Below are positions 11,435 to 20,491 of a stretch of DNA of 64,000 bases, one piece after another; the first letter of the stretch is position 1, and every line of letters begins with the position of its first letter. The notes under the pieces were generated by a model that was not told the origin of the DNA, did no database searches, and worked only from the letters and a program-made list of their open reading frames with translations. A program made the position numbers and the translations under genes. Origin of the DNA: Bacteroidota bacterium (lineage in GTDB: Bacteria; Bacteroidota; Ignavibacteria; UBA10030; SZUA-254); contig DASQAZ010000117.1 in the NCBI GenBank assembly GCA_035635475.1, forward strand, positions 21,988 through 85,987, written 5' to 3'.

Positions 11435-12091
11435 ATGTCAAGAATCGACCGGGCCGGAGGTCTGTTGAATGTCATAAAGAATTTCCGTAAGTTTTTGCAG
11501 GATCTTCCACCATCAGATTCCGGAGCCTTGCTATCAGACACTGAGAAACGGTTCCTGCTGGAGGCAGCACGTTCTTCAGTAGTGTCGGCCGTGAGGAAAA
11601 CGCCGCCGCGGTATTTCGAGTCTCACGAACCGTCCCTCGTCAGGCGGTGCGGGGCGTTTGTAACGCTCCGGGAAGGAAATGAACTGAGGGGCTGCATCGG
11701 GTACATCGATCCGATAAAACCCCTGGCGATCACGGTTTGCGAAGTCGCCGCCAAGGCGGCGCTTGAAGACACGCGTTTTCCGCCGGTAACACCGGGGGAA
11801 CTGGAGGGAATCAACATCGAAATCTCGGTGATCTCCCCCCTGACGAGGATGAAAGAGATCACGGAGATCGAGCTGGGAAAACATGGCTTGCTTATCGAAT
11901 ATAAAAGAAGCCGCGGATTGCTGCTTCCGCAGGTCCCGGCTGAGTTTGGCTGGGATCGCGGAACGTTTCTCGCGCAGACTGCCCGAAAAGCCGGACTGCC
12001 GCCCTTGATCTGGAATAATCCCGAAGCGGAGACCTATTTCTTCACTGCAGAGATTTTCGATGAGAAGTCGGAAATCCACGAGCGGATCTGA
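11435..12091 (+). CDS. AMMECR1 domain protein (AmmeMemoRadiSam system protein A-like)
   Basis: AMMECR1 core motif LRGCIGYI. The size (218 aa) fits. It overlaps the next gene by 32 bp. Confidence 0.8.
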   Translation: MSRIDRAGGLLNVIKNFRKFLQDLPPSDSGALLSDTEKRFLLEAARSSVVSAVRKTPPRYFESHEPSLVRRCGAFVTLREGNELRGCIGYIDPIKPLAITVCEVAAKAALEDTRFPPVTPGELEGINIEISVISPLTRMKEITEIELGKHGLLIEYKRSRGLLLPQVPAEFGWDRGTFLAQTARKAGLPPLIWNNPEAETYFFTAEIFDEKSEIHERI

Positions 12092-12956
12092 CGCTCCATC
12101 GCCTGATGAAATCACCGTGAGACCTCAAGACCCGGGCATACGCCATCCTGCGGTCGCCGGGATGTTCTATCCTGATGACCCGGCCGTTCTCGATAAGCAG
12201 CTCGAGACTCTTCTGGGCCATGCGGAGCTCCAACCGTCGCGGGGGAGCGTGGTGGGGATGATCCTTCCTCACGCAGGGTACGCATATTCGGGATACACCG
12301 CCTCCCTCGGTTACAAATTGCTCAGGAAAAAACCTGTCGACACCGTTGTGATCGTCTCGCCGAGCCACAGGGAATATTTCGACGGCATTTCAGTGTATGG
12401 CGGGTCGGCATACCGCACGCCTCTCGGCGATCTGAAAATCGACGAGGATGTGCGCACCGAACTTCTGAAAAACGACGCGGTCATCGTCTCCTCCGACGCC
12501 GGACACCGCGGGGAGCACGCGATCGAGGTGCAACTCCCCTTCATTCAAAAGGTGCTGAGCGGCGCGAAGATCGTTCCGATTGTCATGGGTGAGCAGCGGC
12601 GCGAGTATTGTTTTCATCTGGGAAAAAGGCTCGCGGATGTCCTCCGGCACAAGAGGGTGTTGCTCATCGCGAGCAGCGACCTTTCCCACTACCATCCGTA
12701 TGAGGAGGCGCAGTCACTCGACGCAATCATCATCGGCGACGTCGCGCAATTTGACTATGAAAAGATGATGAACGACCTCGAGTCGGAGCGCGCGGAAGCC
12801 TGCGGGGGCGGACCTATGGTCGCGGTTCTCGACGCCGCCCACCGGCTTGGGGCAAGCCGCGCCGAAATTCTCTACCACTGCAATTCAGGCGACATTACGG
12901 GCGATCGTCACAGTGTGGTCGGCTACCTCTCTGCGGCCCTCCTCAGCCCGAACTAG
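12060..12956 (+). CDS. MEMO1-family protein (AmmeMemoRadiSam system protein B-like)
   Basis: Memo signatures AVAGMFYP, ILPHAGYAYSGYTA, and an HxxE region GHRGEHAIEV. An alternative GTG start at ~12117 (VRPQDPG...) is possible. Confidence 0.8.
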   Translation: MRSRKSTSGSDAPSPDEITVRPQDPGIRHPAVAGMFYPDDPAVLDKQLETLLGHAELQPSRGSVVGMILPHAGYAYSGYTASLGYKLLRKKPVDTVVIVSPSHREYFDGISVYGGSAYRTPLGDLKIDEDVRTELLKNDAVIVSSDAGHRGEHAIEVQLPFIQKVLSGAKIVPIVMGEQRREYCFHLGKRLADVLRHKRVLLIASSDLSHYHPYEEAQSLDAIIIGDVAQFDYEKMMNDLESERAEACGGGPMVAVLDAAHRLGASRAEILYHCNSGDITGDRHSVVGYLSAALLSPN

Positions 12957-12962
12957 CCAGGC

Positions 12963-13901
12963 ATGCCTCAGTCACGTTTTCCCCGAGTTTCGATCGTCGG
13001 CGCCGGTGCCGTCGGCTCTTCGATCGGCAGGGCGCTCTTCGAGAAGGGGTATCCGATCGCATCCGTCATCAGCCGGACGGGCGATCGTGCGATCGCGCTC
13101 GCCCGTTCGGTGAAATGCAGCCGGGTTTCAACCCAAATCGGCGACGTTGCCCCGGAGAGCGAGTGCATCCTTCTCGCCGTCTCCGACGGCGCCCTTCCCG
13201 CGGTCGCGGGACAGCTTTCAAGGCTGCGCTCCCTCAAATTCAGGAAACTGTTCGCCGTTCACTGCTCGGGCGTGTATGCTGCTGACGTTCTGGAACCATT
13301 GAGGCGGCGGGGGGTTCTCGTCGCGTCCATGCATCCGATTCAGACGTTTCCCTCCGGCCGGCACGCGCATCAGCGGCGGACTCCTCTTCGCGGGATTTAC
13401 TACGGAATTGAAGGGGAGCCTGAGGCACTCAAGCGCACGAAGCGGCTGGTCGATGATCTTGAGGGCAGAGTAGTCGTTATAAAGAAGGAGATGAAACCCC
13501 TCTACCATGTCATTTGCGTTATGGCGTCGAATTACATGCTGGTGTTCCTCAATGCGATCGAGGAGCTGACGAAAATCCTGAGCGTACAGCCGGGATGGAC
13601 GGAAATCTTCGGCCCCCTGATGACCGCCACGATGGAAAACGCCGTAAAGCAAACGGCGGCAGCTTCGCTCACAGGTCCGATCGTACGCGGTGATTTGTCG
13701 ACCGTCGATCTTCACCTCCGCGCACTCTCCCGTTATGCGCCCGAATTTCTGCCGCTCTATACAATGGGCGGAATCGAAGTCGCGCGGATTGCCGGCATGC
13801 GAGGGAGTATGAGCCGCGGTGAGTTCAACGGCGTCATCGCCCGGTTCAGGCGGTTCCTCAAGAGCAATCCATTCACCAACAAACGGAAGGCGAAGCGTTG
13901 A
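12963..13901 (+). CDS. Rossmann-fold NAD(P)-binding oxidoreductase-like protein (DUF2520-type, ProC/F420-dependent reductase-like N-terminus)
   Basis: N-terminal dinucleotide-binding motif VSIVGAGAVGSSIGRAL. Length ~310 aa. Family assignment is from memory of DUF2520 architecture. Confidence 0.5.
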   Translation: MPQSRFPRVSIVGAGAVGSSIGRALFEKGYPIASVISRTGDRAIALARSVKCSRVSTQIGDVAPESECILLAVSDGALPAVAGQLSRLRSLKFRKLFAVHCSGVYAADVLEPLRRRGVLVASMHPIQTFPSGRHAHQRRTPLRGIYYGIEGEPEALKRTKRLVDDLEGRVVVIKKEMKPLYHVICVMASNYMLVFLNAIEELTKILSVQPGWTEIFGPLMTATMENAVKQTAAASLTGPIVRGDLSTVDLHLRALSRYAPEFLPLYTMGGIEVARIAGMRGSMSRGEFNGVIARFRRFLKSNPFTNKRKAKR

Positions 13902-14965
13902 AAGCCCTCATCACAAGCGGGGGGCGCGGGACGAGACTGCGCCCGCTCACCCATACGCAGAATAAGCATCTGATCCCGATCGCGAACAAACCGATACTCC
14001 ACTATGCAATCGAAGCGGCGGTCGATGCAGGGATCAGGCAGATCGGAATTGTCTGCAACGCCGACAGCGACGAAGTCCAGCGATCGATCGGCAACGGAAA
14101 GCAGTGGGACGCAAAGATAACGTACATTCGGCAGAAGGCCCCCCTGGGATTGGCGCACGCCGTAAAGATTTCTCAGAATTTTATCCGGAATGACAAATTC
14201 ATTTTCTATCTCGGCGACAATATGGTGGTGGGCGGCATCAAGCGGTTCATCGATGAGTTCGACCGGAGCGACTCCAACTGCTTCTTGACGCTCGCCAAGG
14301 TGAAGGACCCGGAACGATTCGGCGTGCCCGAGATCAAACGCGGCAAGATCGTCCGTGTTGAGGAAAAGCCGGCGAAACCGAGAAGCCACTTCGCGGTCGC
14401 CGGGATTTACCTCTACGACCGCCATATCTTCGAAGCAACAAAGCATATCAGGCCGAGCAAGCGTGGAGAGTTGGAGATCTCCGATGCGCACCAGTACATG
14501 ATCGACAAAGGATACAAGATCGGATACAGCGAAATTACCGGCTGGTGGAAAGACACGGGCAAGCCATCGGATTTGCTCGAGGCGAACCGGATGGTTCTCG
14601 ACAGCCTCGAGGCGAGAATCGACGGCGCCGTTGACAAGTCGTCCACCGTCGCGGGGAAAGTCGTACTGGAAAAGGGAGCGCGCCTGATCAACAGCGTCGT
14701 ACGGGGCCCCGCGATCATCGGGAAAAATTGCACGATCGAGAATAGCTATGTTGGGCCGTTCACTTCGATCGGCGACGGGACGCAGATACGTAATTCCGAG
14801 GTTGAGTACAGTATCGTCCTCGGGGACTGTAAGATACTCAACGTCCGGATCCGGATCGAAGGGAGCATTCTCGGCAACGACGTGGAAATCGTTGATGCGA
14901 TGGGCAAGCCTCACGTTCACAGATTTATGATCGGCGACCAGAGCCGGGTGGAAGTGGCATGGTGA
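13898..14965 (+). CDS. long-form glucose-1-phosphate thymidylyl/nucleotidyl-transferase (RmlA-like with C-terminal left-handed β-helix)
   Basis: N-terminal signature KALITSGGRGTRLRPLTHTQNKHLIPIANKPIL. C-terminal hexapeptide-repeat-like region (GKNCTIENSYVGPFTSIGDGTQIRNSEVEYSIV). Confidence 0.75.
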   Translation: MKALITSGGRGTRLRPLTHTQNKHLIPIANKPILHYAIEAAVDAGIRQIGIVCNADSDEVQRSIGNGKQWDAKITYIRQKAPLGLAHAVKISQNFIRNDKFIFYLGDNMVVGGIKRFIDEFDRSDSNCFLTLAKVKDPERFGVPEIKRGKIVRVEEKPAKPRSHFAVAGIYLYDRHIFEATKHIRPSKRGELEISDAHQYMIDKGYKIGYSEITGWWKDTGKPSDLLEANRMVLDSLEARIDGAVDKSSTVAGKVVLEKGARLINSVVRGPAIIGKNCTIENSYVGPFTSIGDGTQIRNSEVEYSIVLGDCKILNVRIRIEGSILGNDVEIVDAMGKPHVHRFMIGDQSRVEVAW

Positions 14966-14969
14966 CGAA

Positions 14970-15752
14970 ATGAACTATCAAACACTGCTGGTGAGAACCG
15001 AGAAACGCATTTGTTTCATAACCCTTAACCGGCCGGAGAAACTGAACGCCCTGAATCTCCGCTGCAAACAGGAACTCAGGCAACTGTTCGCCGACTTGCA
15101 CACAAACCGCGAAGTAGATGTGGCGATCGTGACGGGGTCGGGGGAAAAGGCGTTCGCGGCGGGAACCGATATCAATGAACTCTCTTCTCTCGACAGGGAG
15201 ACGGGCAAAGAGTTTGCCCTGAACGGCCAGGCGGTCTTTGACATGATCCAGCATCTGGGCAAACCGGTGATCGCGGCCGTCAACGGGTACGCTCTCGGGG
15301 GCGGATGCGAGCTGGCCCTCGCCTGTCACATCCGTATTGCATCGGAGAACGCCATCTTCGGTCAGCCGGAAGTTAACCTGGGCCTCGTCCCCGGCTACGG
15401 CGGGACACAGCGCTCGGCTCGATTGATTGGGGCCGGGAAAACTGCCGAGATGCTCCTCACAGGAAATCAGATCAGCGCAGCCGAAGCCCTCCGCATCGGT
15501 CTGGTCAACAAGGTCGTCCCTCAGGCAAGCTTGCCTGCAGAGGCTGAGGCCATTGCGGTCGCAATTCTCTCCAAGGCCCAGATTGCCGTCCGGATGGCGC
15601 TCAAAGCGATCAACATCAGCATGGAGTTGCCGCTCAGCGAAGGTCTGAAGATCGAAGCAACCTTGTTCGGCGAGTGCTGCGGAACGAAGGACTTCAAAGA
15701 GGGCACGAGGGCATTCCTCGAAAAGCGCAAACCTAAATTTACCGGCGAATGA
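14970..15752 (+). CDS. enoyl-CoA hydratase/isomerase (crotonase family)
   Basis: Crotonase signatures ITLNRPEKLNAL, AAVNGYALGGGCELALACHIRIA, and an oxyanion-hole region. Confidence 0.8.
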   Translation: MNYQTLLVRTEKRICFITLNRPEKLNALNLRCKQELRQLFADLHTNREVDVAIVTGSGEKAFAAGTDINELSSLDRETGKEFALNGQAVFDMIQHLGKPVIAAVNGYALGGGCELALACHIRIASENAIFGQPEVNLGLVPGYGGTQRSARLIGAGKTAEMLLTGNQISAAEALRIGLVNKVVPQASLPAEAEAIAVAILSKAQIAVRMALKAINISMELPLSEGLKIEATLFGECCGTKDFKEGTRAFLEKRKPKFTGE

Positions 15753-16282
15753 ACTGGGGCAGCGCGATCCACCGGCCCATGGTTGTCCGTGCGGTCATCT
15801 CGCTTCTCCTTGGCGCTGCGGCGTTGGGGCTGTTTGTGCTGAACCGGATCAGCCTCCTGCGGCCTGATCGATCCGGATCGGCGTCGACCGCGTCCCGGCA
15901 AGAACCTCGCGCCGGGGGAAACCGCCCCGATCTCCCCCCCGCGCTCGGAGATCTCGACCGGGAGGTCGATTCGGTACTCATCCGATTTGGAATCCAGTCT
16001 TCGTGGATCCGTAAGAAAACCATCGCCATCCCGAACGCCGATTTCCCGCGCATCGAGCGCAGAGTGCTTCTGCCCAACGATATTGCCACCATCTCGATGA
16101 ACGCCGCCTTCAACACGATGGCGAAGCGGTACAACGGCCGGGCAGTCGCCTCGGAGAATCTCAAGGAGAACTATGTCACGATCCATATTGAGACGGGGGG
16201 CTCGATCGTTCAAACCATCATCCTGCGTCCCACGGCGAACCTCAGGCGGGCAGCACGCAAAGGCTCGTTGACGCGGGCCTGA
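15749..16282 (+). CDS. hypothetical membrane-anchored protein
   Basis: ORF overlaps the crotonase gene by 4 bp and sits within a co-directional operon. It has an N-terminal TM helix (VVRAVISLLLGAAALGLFVL). No recognisable family. The minus-strand ORFs over the same region look less protein-like. Confidence 0.4.
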   Translation: MNWGSAIHRPMVVRAVISLLLGAAALGLFVLNRISLLRPDRSGSASTASRQEPRAGGNRPDLPPALGDLDREVDSVLIRFGIQSSWIRKKTIAIPNADFPRIERRVLLPNDIATISMNAAFNTMAKRYNGRAVASENLKENYVTIHIETGGSIVQTIILRPTANLRRAARKGSLTRA

Positions 16283-16351
16283 AAATACAATGAAAGATTG
16301 AACTCAATGGCGACGCAATCGATACAACCCCGGGAAGCCGGGGCCTTGACG

Positions 16352-17794
16352 ATGGACAAACTCGTTTCTTTGTGCAAGCGCAGAGGATTTGTCTTCCAAT
16401 CGAGCGAGATCTACGGGGGATTGAACGGCGCATGGGACTACGGCCCGATGGGTGTCGAGCTCTTGAACAACCTCAAGGCAGAATGGTGGAGGGAGATGAC
16501 CTTCCGGGACAATATCGAGGGGATCGACGCCGCCATTTTGATGCATCCGAAAGTGTGGGAAGCCTCCGGTCACGTTGAGAATTTTACCGATCCGATGGTC
16601 GATTGCCGGACATGCAAGGCCCGATACCGACTGGATGTCCTTTTCGAAGAGCTGTCTGTCAAAAAGCAGAAAGAATTGCTGCGTCAGGTCGAGCCGGGCT
16701 TCCCGATTCCCGCGGAAGACGAACGCTTCGTCGATGAATTCAAAAAAAAGGTCGAGCATGAACCTCAGAAATTCCTGGCAATCCTCTCCTGTCCCAACTG
16801 CGGCAACAAATCTACGTTCACGGATGCGCGCAAATTCAATCTGATGTTCAAGACATTTGTCGGCCCTCTCGAAGATTCGGGCGCCCTCGTCTACCTGCGT
16901 CCCGAAACCGCGCAGGGAATTTTCGTGAACTTCCTCAACGTCCAATCAGCGTCGAGGCAGAAGATCCCCTTCGGCATCGCCCAGATCGGCAAGGCGTTCC
17001 GGAACGAGATTAATACAAAAAACTTCCTCTTCCGCACCCGTGAGTTCGAGCAGATGGAGATGCAGTTCTTCGTGAAACCCGGGTCGGACGTCGAATGGTT
17101 CGAATACTGGCGGGAGGCGCGGATGAAGTGGTTCCAGGCGCTCGGGATGCGCGCCGACCGGCTCCGGTGGCACCGGCATGAGCCCGACAAATTGGCCCAT
17201 TACGCCAAGGATGCCTACGATATCGAGTACGCGTTCCCTTTCGGCTGGGGAGAAATCGAGGGCGTTCATAATCGCACCGACTTCGATCTGTCCCGCCATG
17301 AACAATTCTCCGGCAAGAGCCTGAAATACTTCGACGAGCAGAACAAGGAGAAATACACGCCCTTTATCATCGAGACATCGGCGGGGGCCAGCCGGTCGTT
17401 TATGGCATTCCTGGCCGACGCCTACTCCGAAGAAGCTGCGCCGACGGCCGAGGGATCGACCGAGACCCGGGTGGTGATGAAATTTAATCCCCGGCTCGCG
17501 CCTATCAAAGCTGCAATTTTTCCGCTTGTCAACCGGGACGGCATGCCCGAGATCGCAGAACGGATCGAACGGGATCTGAGGCCCAGGATGCGCGTGTTCC
17601 GCGATGAGAGCGGGGCCGTGGGGCGCCGCTACCGGCGACAGGATGAGATCGGAACCCCGTACTGCATCACCGTCGATTCACAGACGCTCCAGGATCAAAC
17701 GGTGACCGTCCGCCACCGGGACACCATGCTGCAGGACAGAATTGCGAGTGAAAAGCTTCTTCCCTATCTTACGGAAAGGTTCGCGGTCCCGTAA
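16352..17794 (+). CDS. glyQS: glycine--tRNA ligase (dimeric class II GlyRS)
   Basis: MDKLVSLCKRRGFVFQSSEIYGGLNGAWDYGP is the canonical GlyRS N-terminus. The ORF opens at 16298, but the Met at 16352 matches known N-termini. Class II motifs are present. Confidence 0.88.
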   Translation: MDKLVSLCKRRGFVFQSSEIYGGLNGAWDYGPMGVELLNNLKAEWWREMTFRDNIEGIDAAILMHPKVWEASGHVENFTDPMVDCRTCKARYRLDVLFEELSVKKQKELLRQVEPGFPIPAEDERFVDEFKKKVEHEPQKFLAILSCPNCGNKSTFTDARKFNLMFKTFVGPLEDSGALVYLRPETAQGIFVNFLNVQSASRQKIPFGIAQIGKAFRNEINTKNFLFRTREFEQMEMQFFVKPGSDVEWFEYWREARMKWFQALGMRADRLRWHRHEPDKLAHYAKDAYDIEYAFPFGWGEIEGVHNRTDFDLSRHEQFSGKSLKYFDEQNKEKYTPFIIETSAGASRSFMAFLADAYSEEAAPTAEGSTETRVVMKFNPRLAPIKAAIFPLVNRDGMPEIAERIERDLRPRMRVFRDESGAVGRRYRRQDEIGTPYCITVDSQTLQDQTVTVRHRDTMLQDRIASEKLLPYLTERFAVP

Positions 17795-17839
17795 AACGGG
17801 ATCTCCGCCGAAGGGCCATCAACAATAAGGAGTTATGCA

Positions 17840-18511
17840 ATGAAATCATCGCTTAATCTCGTCGTGGTTCTGCTTCTCTCCGCCTCCCTCCTGATGATGG
17901 GATGCCATGCGAGCAACACTCTCAAGGGAGGAGCGATCGGCGCAGGCGCCGGAGCGATCATCGGGGGACTGATCGGCAAGGCCGCGGGAAATACGGCGGC
18001 CGGCGTTATCCTGGGGGCTGCGATCGGCGGCGCGGCCGGGTTGGCGATCGGGCATTACATGGACAAGCAGGCCGAGGAGATGAAACAGGACCTGAAGAAC
18101 GCAAAAATCGAACGAGTGGGCGAGGGAATCAAGATTACCTTCGACACCGGAATCCTCTTCAAAACCAATTCATCCGAGCTGCAGTCCGAGGCGAAGAAGA
18201 ATCTCGGGGACCTCGCGAAGATCCTCAACAAGTATCCGGACACGAACATTCTGATCGACGGGCACACCGACTCGACCGGGACCGCCGACTACAACCAGCA
18301 CCTATCCGAGCGGAGGGCTGAATCGGTTGCGAATGATCTGAAAGGACTCGCAGTTGCCGGATCGCGTTTGACGACGCGGGGTTTCGGCGAGTCACAGCCG
18401 GTTGCCTCAAACGTGTCCTCCGAAGGACGGCAGCAGAATCGCCGCGTTGAGGTCGCCATCTTCGCGAACGATAAGCTGAAAGAGGCGGCAACGAACAACC
18501 AGCTCGAGTAA
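17840..18511 (+). CDS. OmpA-family lipoprotein (glycine-zipper N-terminus, OmpA C-like peptidoglycan-binding domain)
   Basis: Signal/lipobox LLMMGC. Gly-zipper GGAIGAGAGAIIGGLIG. OmpA_C motifs GHTDSTGTADYNQHLSERRA and NRRVEV. AGGAG RBS upstream. Confidence 0.8.
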   Translation: MKSSLNLVVVLLLSASLLMMGCHASNTLKGGAIGAGAGAIIGGLIGKAAGNTAAGVILGAAIGGAAGLAIGHYMDKQAEEMKQDLKNAKIERVGEGIKITFDTGILFKTNSSELQSEAKKNLGDLAKILNKYPDTNILIDGHTDSTGTADYNQHLSERRAESVANDLKGLAVAGSRLTTRGFGESQPVASNVSSEGRQQNRRVEVAIFANDKLKEAATNNQLE

Positions 18512-18612
18512 CCTCGAGCAAGCGCGGCCCGGGATCCCCAATCGATATCAATCGACTGGCAATTCGAGTTACACAGGGCGGATTTGGGGCGCTGGCCGCG
18601 GCATTTCTGTTC

Positions 18613-19725
18613 ATGGGGAATTGTTTCGGCCAGTGGATCGGCGATTCGGCCGTTGAAGCTCATACCCACCGCGGTATTGAGTACGTTTACAACCTCTCAT
18701 TCGACAGCGCGCGCGCCGAGTTTCAGTATGTCCGGCGGGAGAAGCCCGACCACCCTGCAGGGTACTTTTTTCTCGCAATGGTGGACTGGTGGAGAATCAT
18801 CACCGACCTGGACAACACATCGCGCGATGATCGATTCCTCTCCCAGCTCGACCGGGTAATCGATCTCTGCGACAGCCGCCTGAAAAAAAACGAGCACGAC
18901 ACGGCGGCGCTTTTCTTTAAAGGCGGGGCCCTCGGATTCCGTGGGCGCCTTCACGGCAATCGGGAGGACTGGGTGCAGGCCGCAAGCGACGGGCGGGCCG
19001 CGCTGCCGATCGTTCAGGAGGCCTACAAGTTAGCACCAAACAACCGCGACGTCCTCCTCGGCATGGGAATCTACGATTACTATGCCGCGGTCGTTCCCGA
19101 GAGGTATCCCTTCGTCAAACCGTTTATGATTTTCTTTCCGAAGGGCAACAGAGAGAAGGGACTCCGGGAGCTGCGTGAGGCGGCCGCCAAGGCGAGGTAC
19201 GCAAACACCGAGGCAAACTACGTGCTTCTCCAGGTGTTGCAGAATTTCGAGAAGCGGTACGACGAAGCGCTCCCGCTGGCGCAGAAACTTCACGAGCGGT
19301 TCCCCGACAATGTGATCTTTCACAAGTACCTGGGGCGCTGTTACGCCTCGGTTGCGAACTGGGAGGAGATCGAACGGACCTTCTCACAGATCCTCGAGCG
19401 AGTTCAAAACAAGAAACTCGGCTACGATGCGATTGTCGAACGCGAAGCACACTACTACGTCGGGCTCTCCGCGATGAACCGGGCGGATTACGCGGCCGCC
19501 CTGGAACACTTTTACCGGACGGACGAACTGTCCCGCTCAATCGACCGGAAAGATCCCACGGGATTCATGGTGATGACCAACCTGAAGATCGGTCTAATTT
19601 ACGACCTTCAGAAAAAGCGCAGCCTGGCGCTGGAACAGTACGGCAAAGTGCTCAAGATGGACGACTACCAGGACGCTCACAGGCAGGCCGGGCAATACAT
19701 GAAAACTCCTTACGCCAAATTCTAA
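18613..19725 (+). CDS. TPR-like repeat protein, function unknown
   Basis: Helical-repeat composition with multiple TPR-like Y/A/L patterns. Start is uncertain: a hydrophobic signal-like segment is encoded in frame upstream of the ATG without a canonical start. Confidence 0.5.
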   Translation: MGNCFGQWIGDSAVEAHTHRGIEYVYNLSFDSARAEFQYVRREKPDHPAGYFFLAMVDWWRIITDLDNTSRDDRFLSQLDRVIDLCDSRLKKNEHDTAALFFKGGALGFRGRLHGNREDWVQAASDGRAALPIVQEAYKLAPNNRDVLLGMGIYDYYAAVVPERYPFVKPFMIFFPKGNREKGLRELREAAAKARYANTEANYVLLQVLQNFEKRYDEALPLAQKLHERFPDNVIFHKYLGRCYASVANWEEIERTFSQILERVQNKKLGYDAIVEREAHYYVGLSAMNRADYAAALEHFYRTDELSRSIDRKDPTGFMVMTNLKIGLIYDLQKKRSLALEQYGKVLKMDDYQDAHRQAGQYMKTPYAKF

Positions 19726-19735
19726 CTCTCCTTGA

Positions 19736-20479
19736 ATGATAAAAATCATTCTGTTCGGTCTGATCGCCGCCGCCGCCGAAGTCCTGGGAGGGACGCTGAT
19801 CGTCCTAAGGAAAGAATGGCCAAAAAGGATTCAGGAATATCTGATCGCGCTGAGCGCCGGGTTCCTTCTCGCGCTCGTCTTCTTCGATCTGATCCCGGTG
19901 AGCCTCAATCTCGTGGGGCCATTTGCCTCCCTCTATATTATACTCGGCTTCTCCACTCTTCATTTTTTTGAGCACACGCTCGTGGGCCATCTCCATTTCG
20001 GTGAGGAGACTCACACCGATGTCATGGTCTCCCGCCTGGCGAGCCTTTCCGCGTTCGCCGGCCTCTTCATCCACGCATTCTTCGACGGAATTTCAATCTC
20101 GGCGGGGATGCAGTACGACTATTTTATCGGACTGCTCGTCTTTATCGCGATCCTGCTGCATAAACTGCCGGAAGGGCTGACGATCGCTTCGATCATGATC
20201 GCCGCCAGTCAGCCGAGGAAGAACGCCTTCCTGGCATCGCTTGCGATCGGTGTCGCCACCATGCTCGGAATCGTGATTGTATTCCTGATATCGGGGCTGG
20301 AGAAGAGTACCGTGGGGATTGCCTTCGCCTTCTCTGCGGGTGCGGCGACGTACGTGGGAGCAAGCGACCTCATACCCGAGGTCAACCGGTCAAAGAACCG
20401 GGTTGTGCCGCTGATCGTCTTCGCGGGAATGCTGCTCTTTTACCTCAGCCAGCAGGCACTCGTTGGGATCTTGCGGTAA
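19736..20479 (+). CDS. ZIP-family zinc/metal transporter (ZupT-like)
   Basis: Eight predicted TM segments. HKLPEG motif and the His-rich loop HLHFGEETH are typical of ZIP. Confidence 0.8.
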   Translation: MIKIILFGLIAAAAEVLGGTLIVLRKEWPKRIQEYLIALSAGFLLALVFFDLIPVSLNLVGPFASLYIILGFSTLHFFEHTLVGHLHFGEETHTDVMVSRLASLSAFAGLFIHAFFDGISISAGMQYDYFIGLLVFIAILLHKLPEGLTIASIMIAASQPRKNAFLASLAIGVATMLGIVIVFLISGLEKSTVGIAFAFSAGAATYVGASDLIPEVNRSKNRVVPLIVFAGMLLFYLSQQALVGILR

Positions 20480-20491
20480 CGCGTTCCCGTC

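Noticed and set aside
8767-11490. Long plus-strand ORFs 8767..10404 (545 aa) and 10606..11490 (294 aa)
   Set aside because: Antisense to ruvX/hup/relA-spoT. The translations lack any motif and are rich in Arg/Leu/Asp, typical of antisense frames.
13757-14920. 387-aa minus-strand ORF
   Set aside because: Antisense to the RmlA-like nucleotidyltransferase gene, which has the GGxGTRLxPLT signature.
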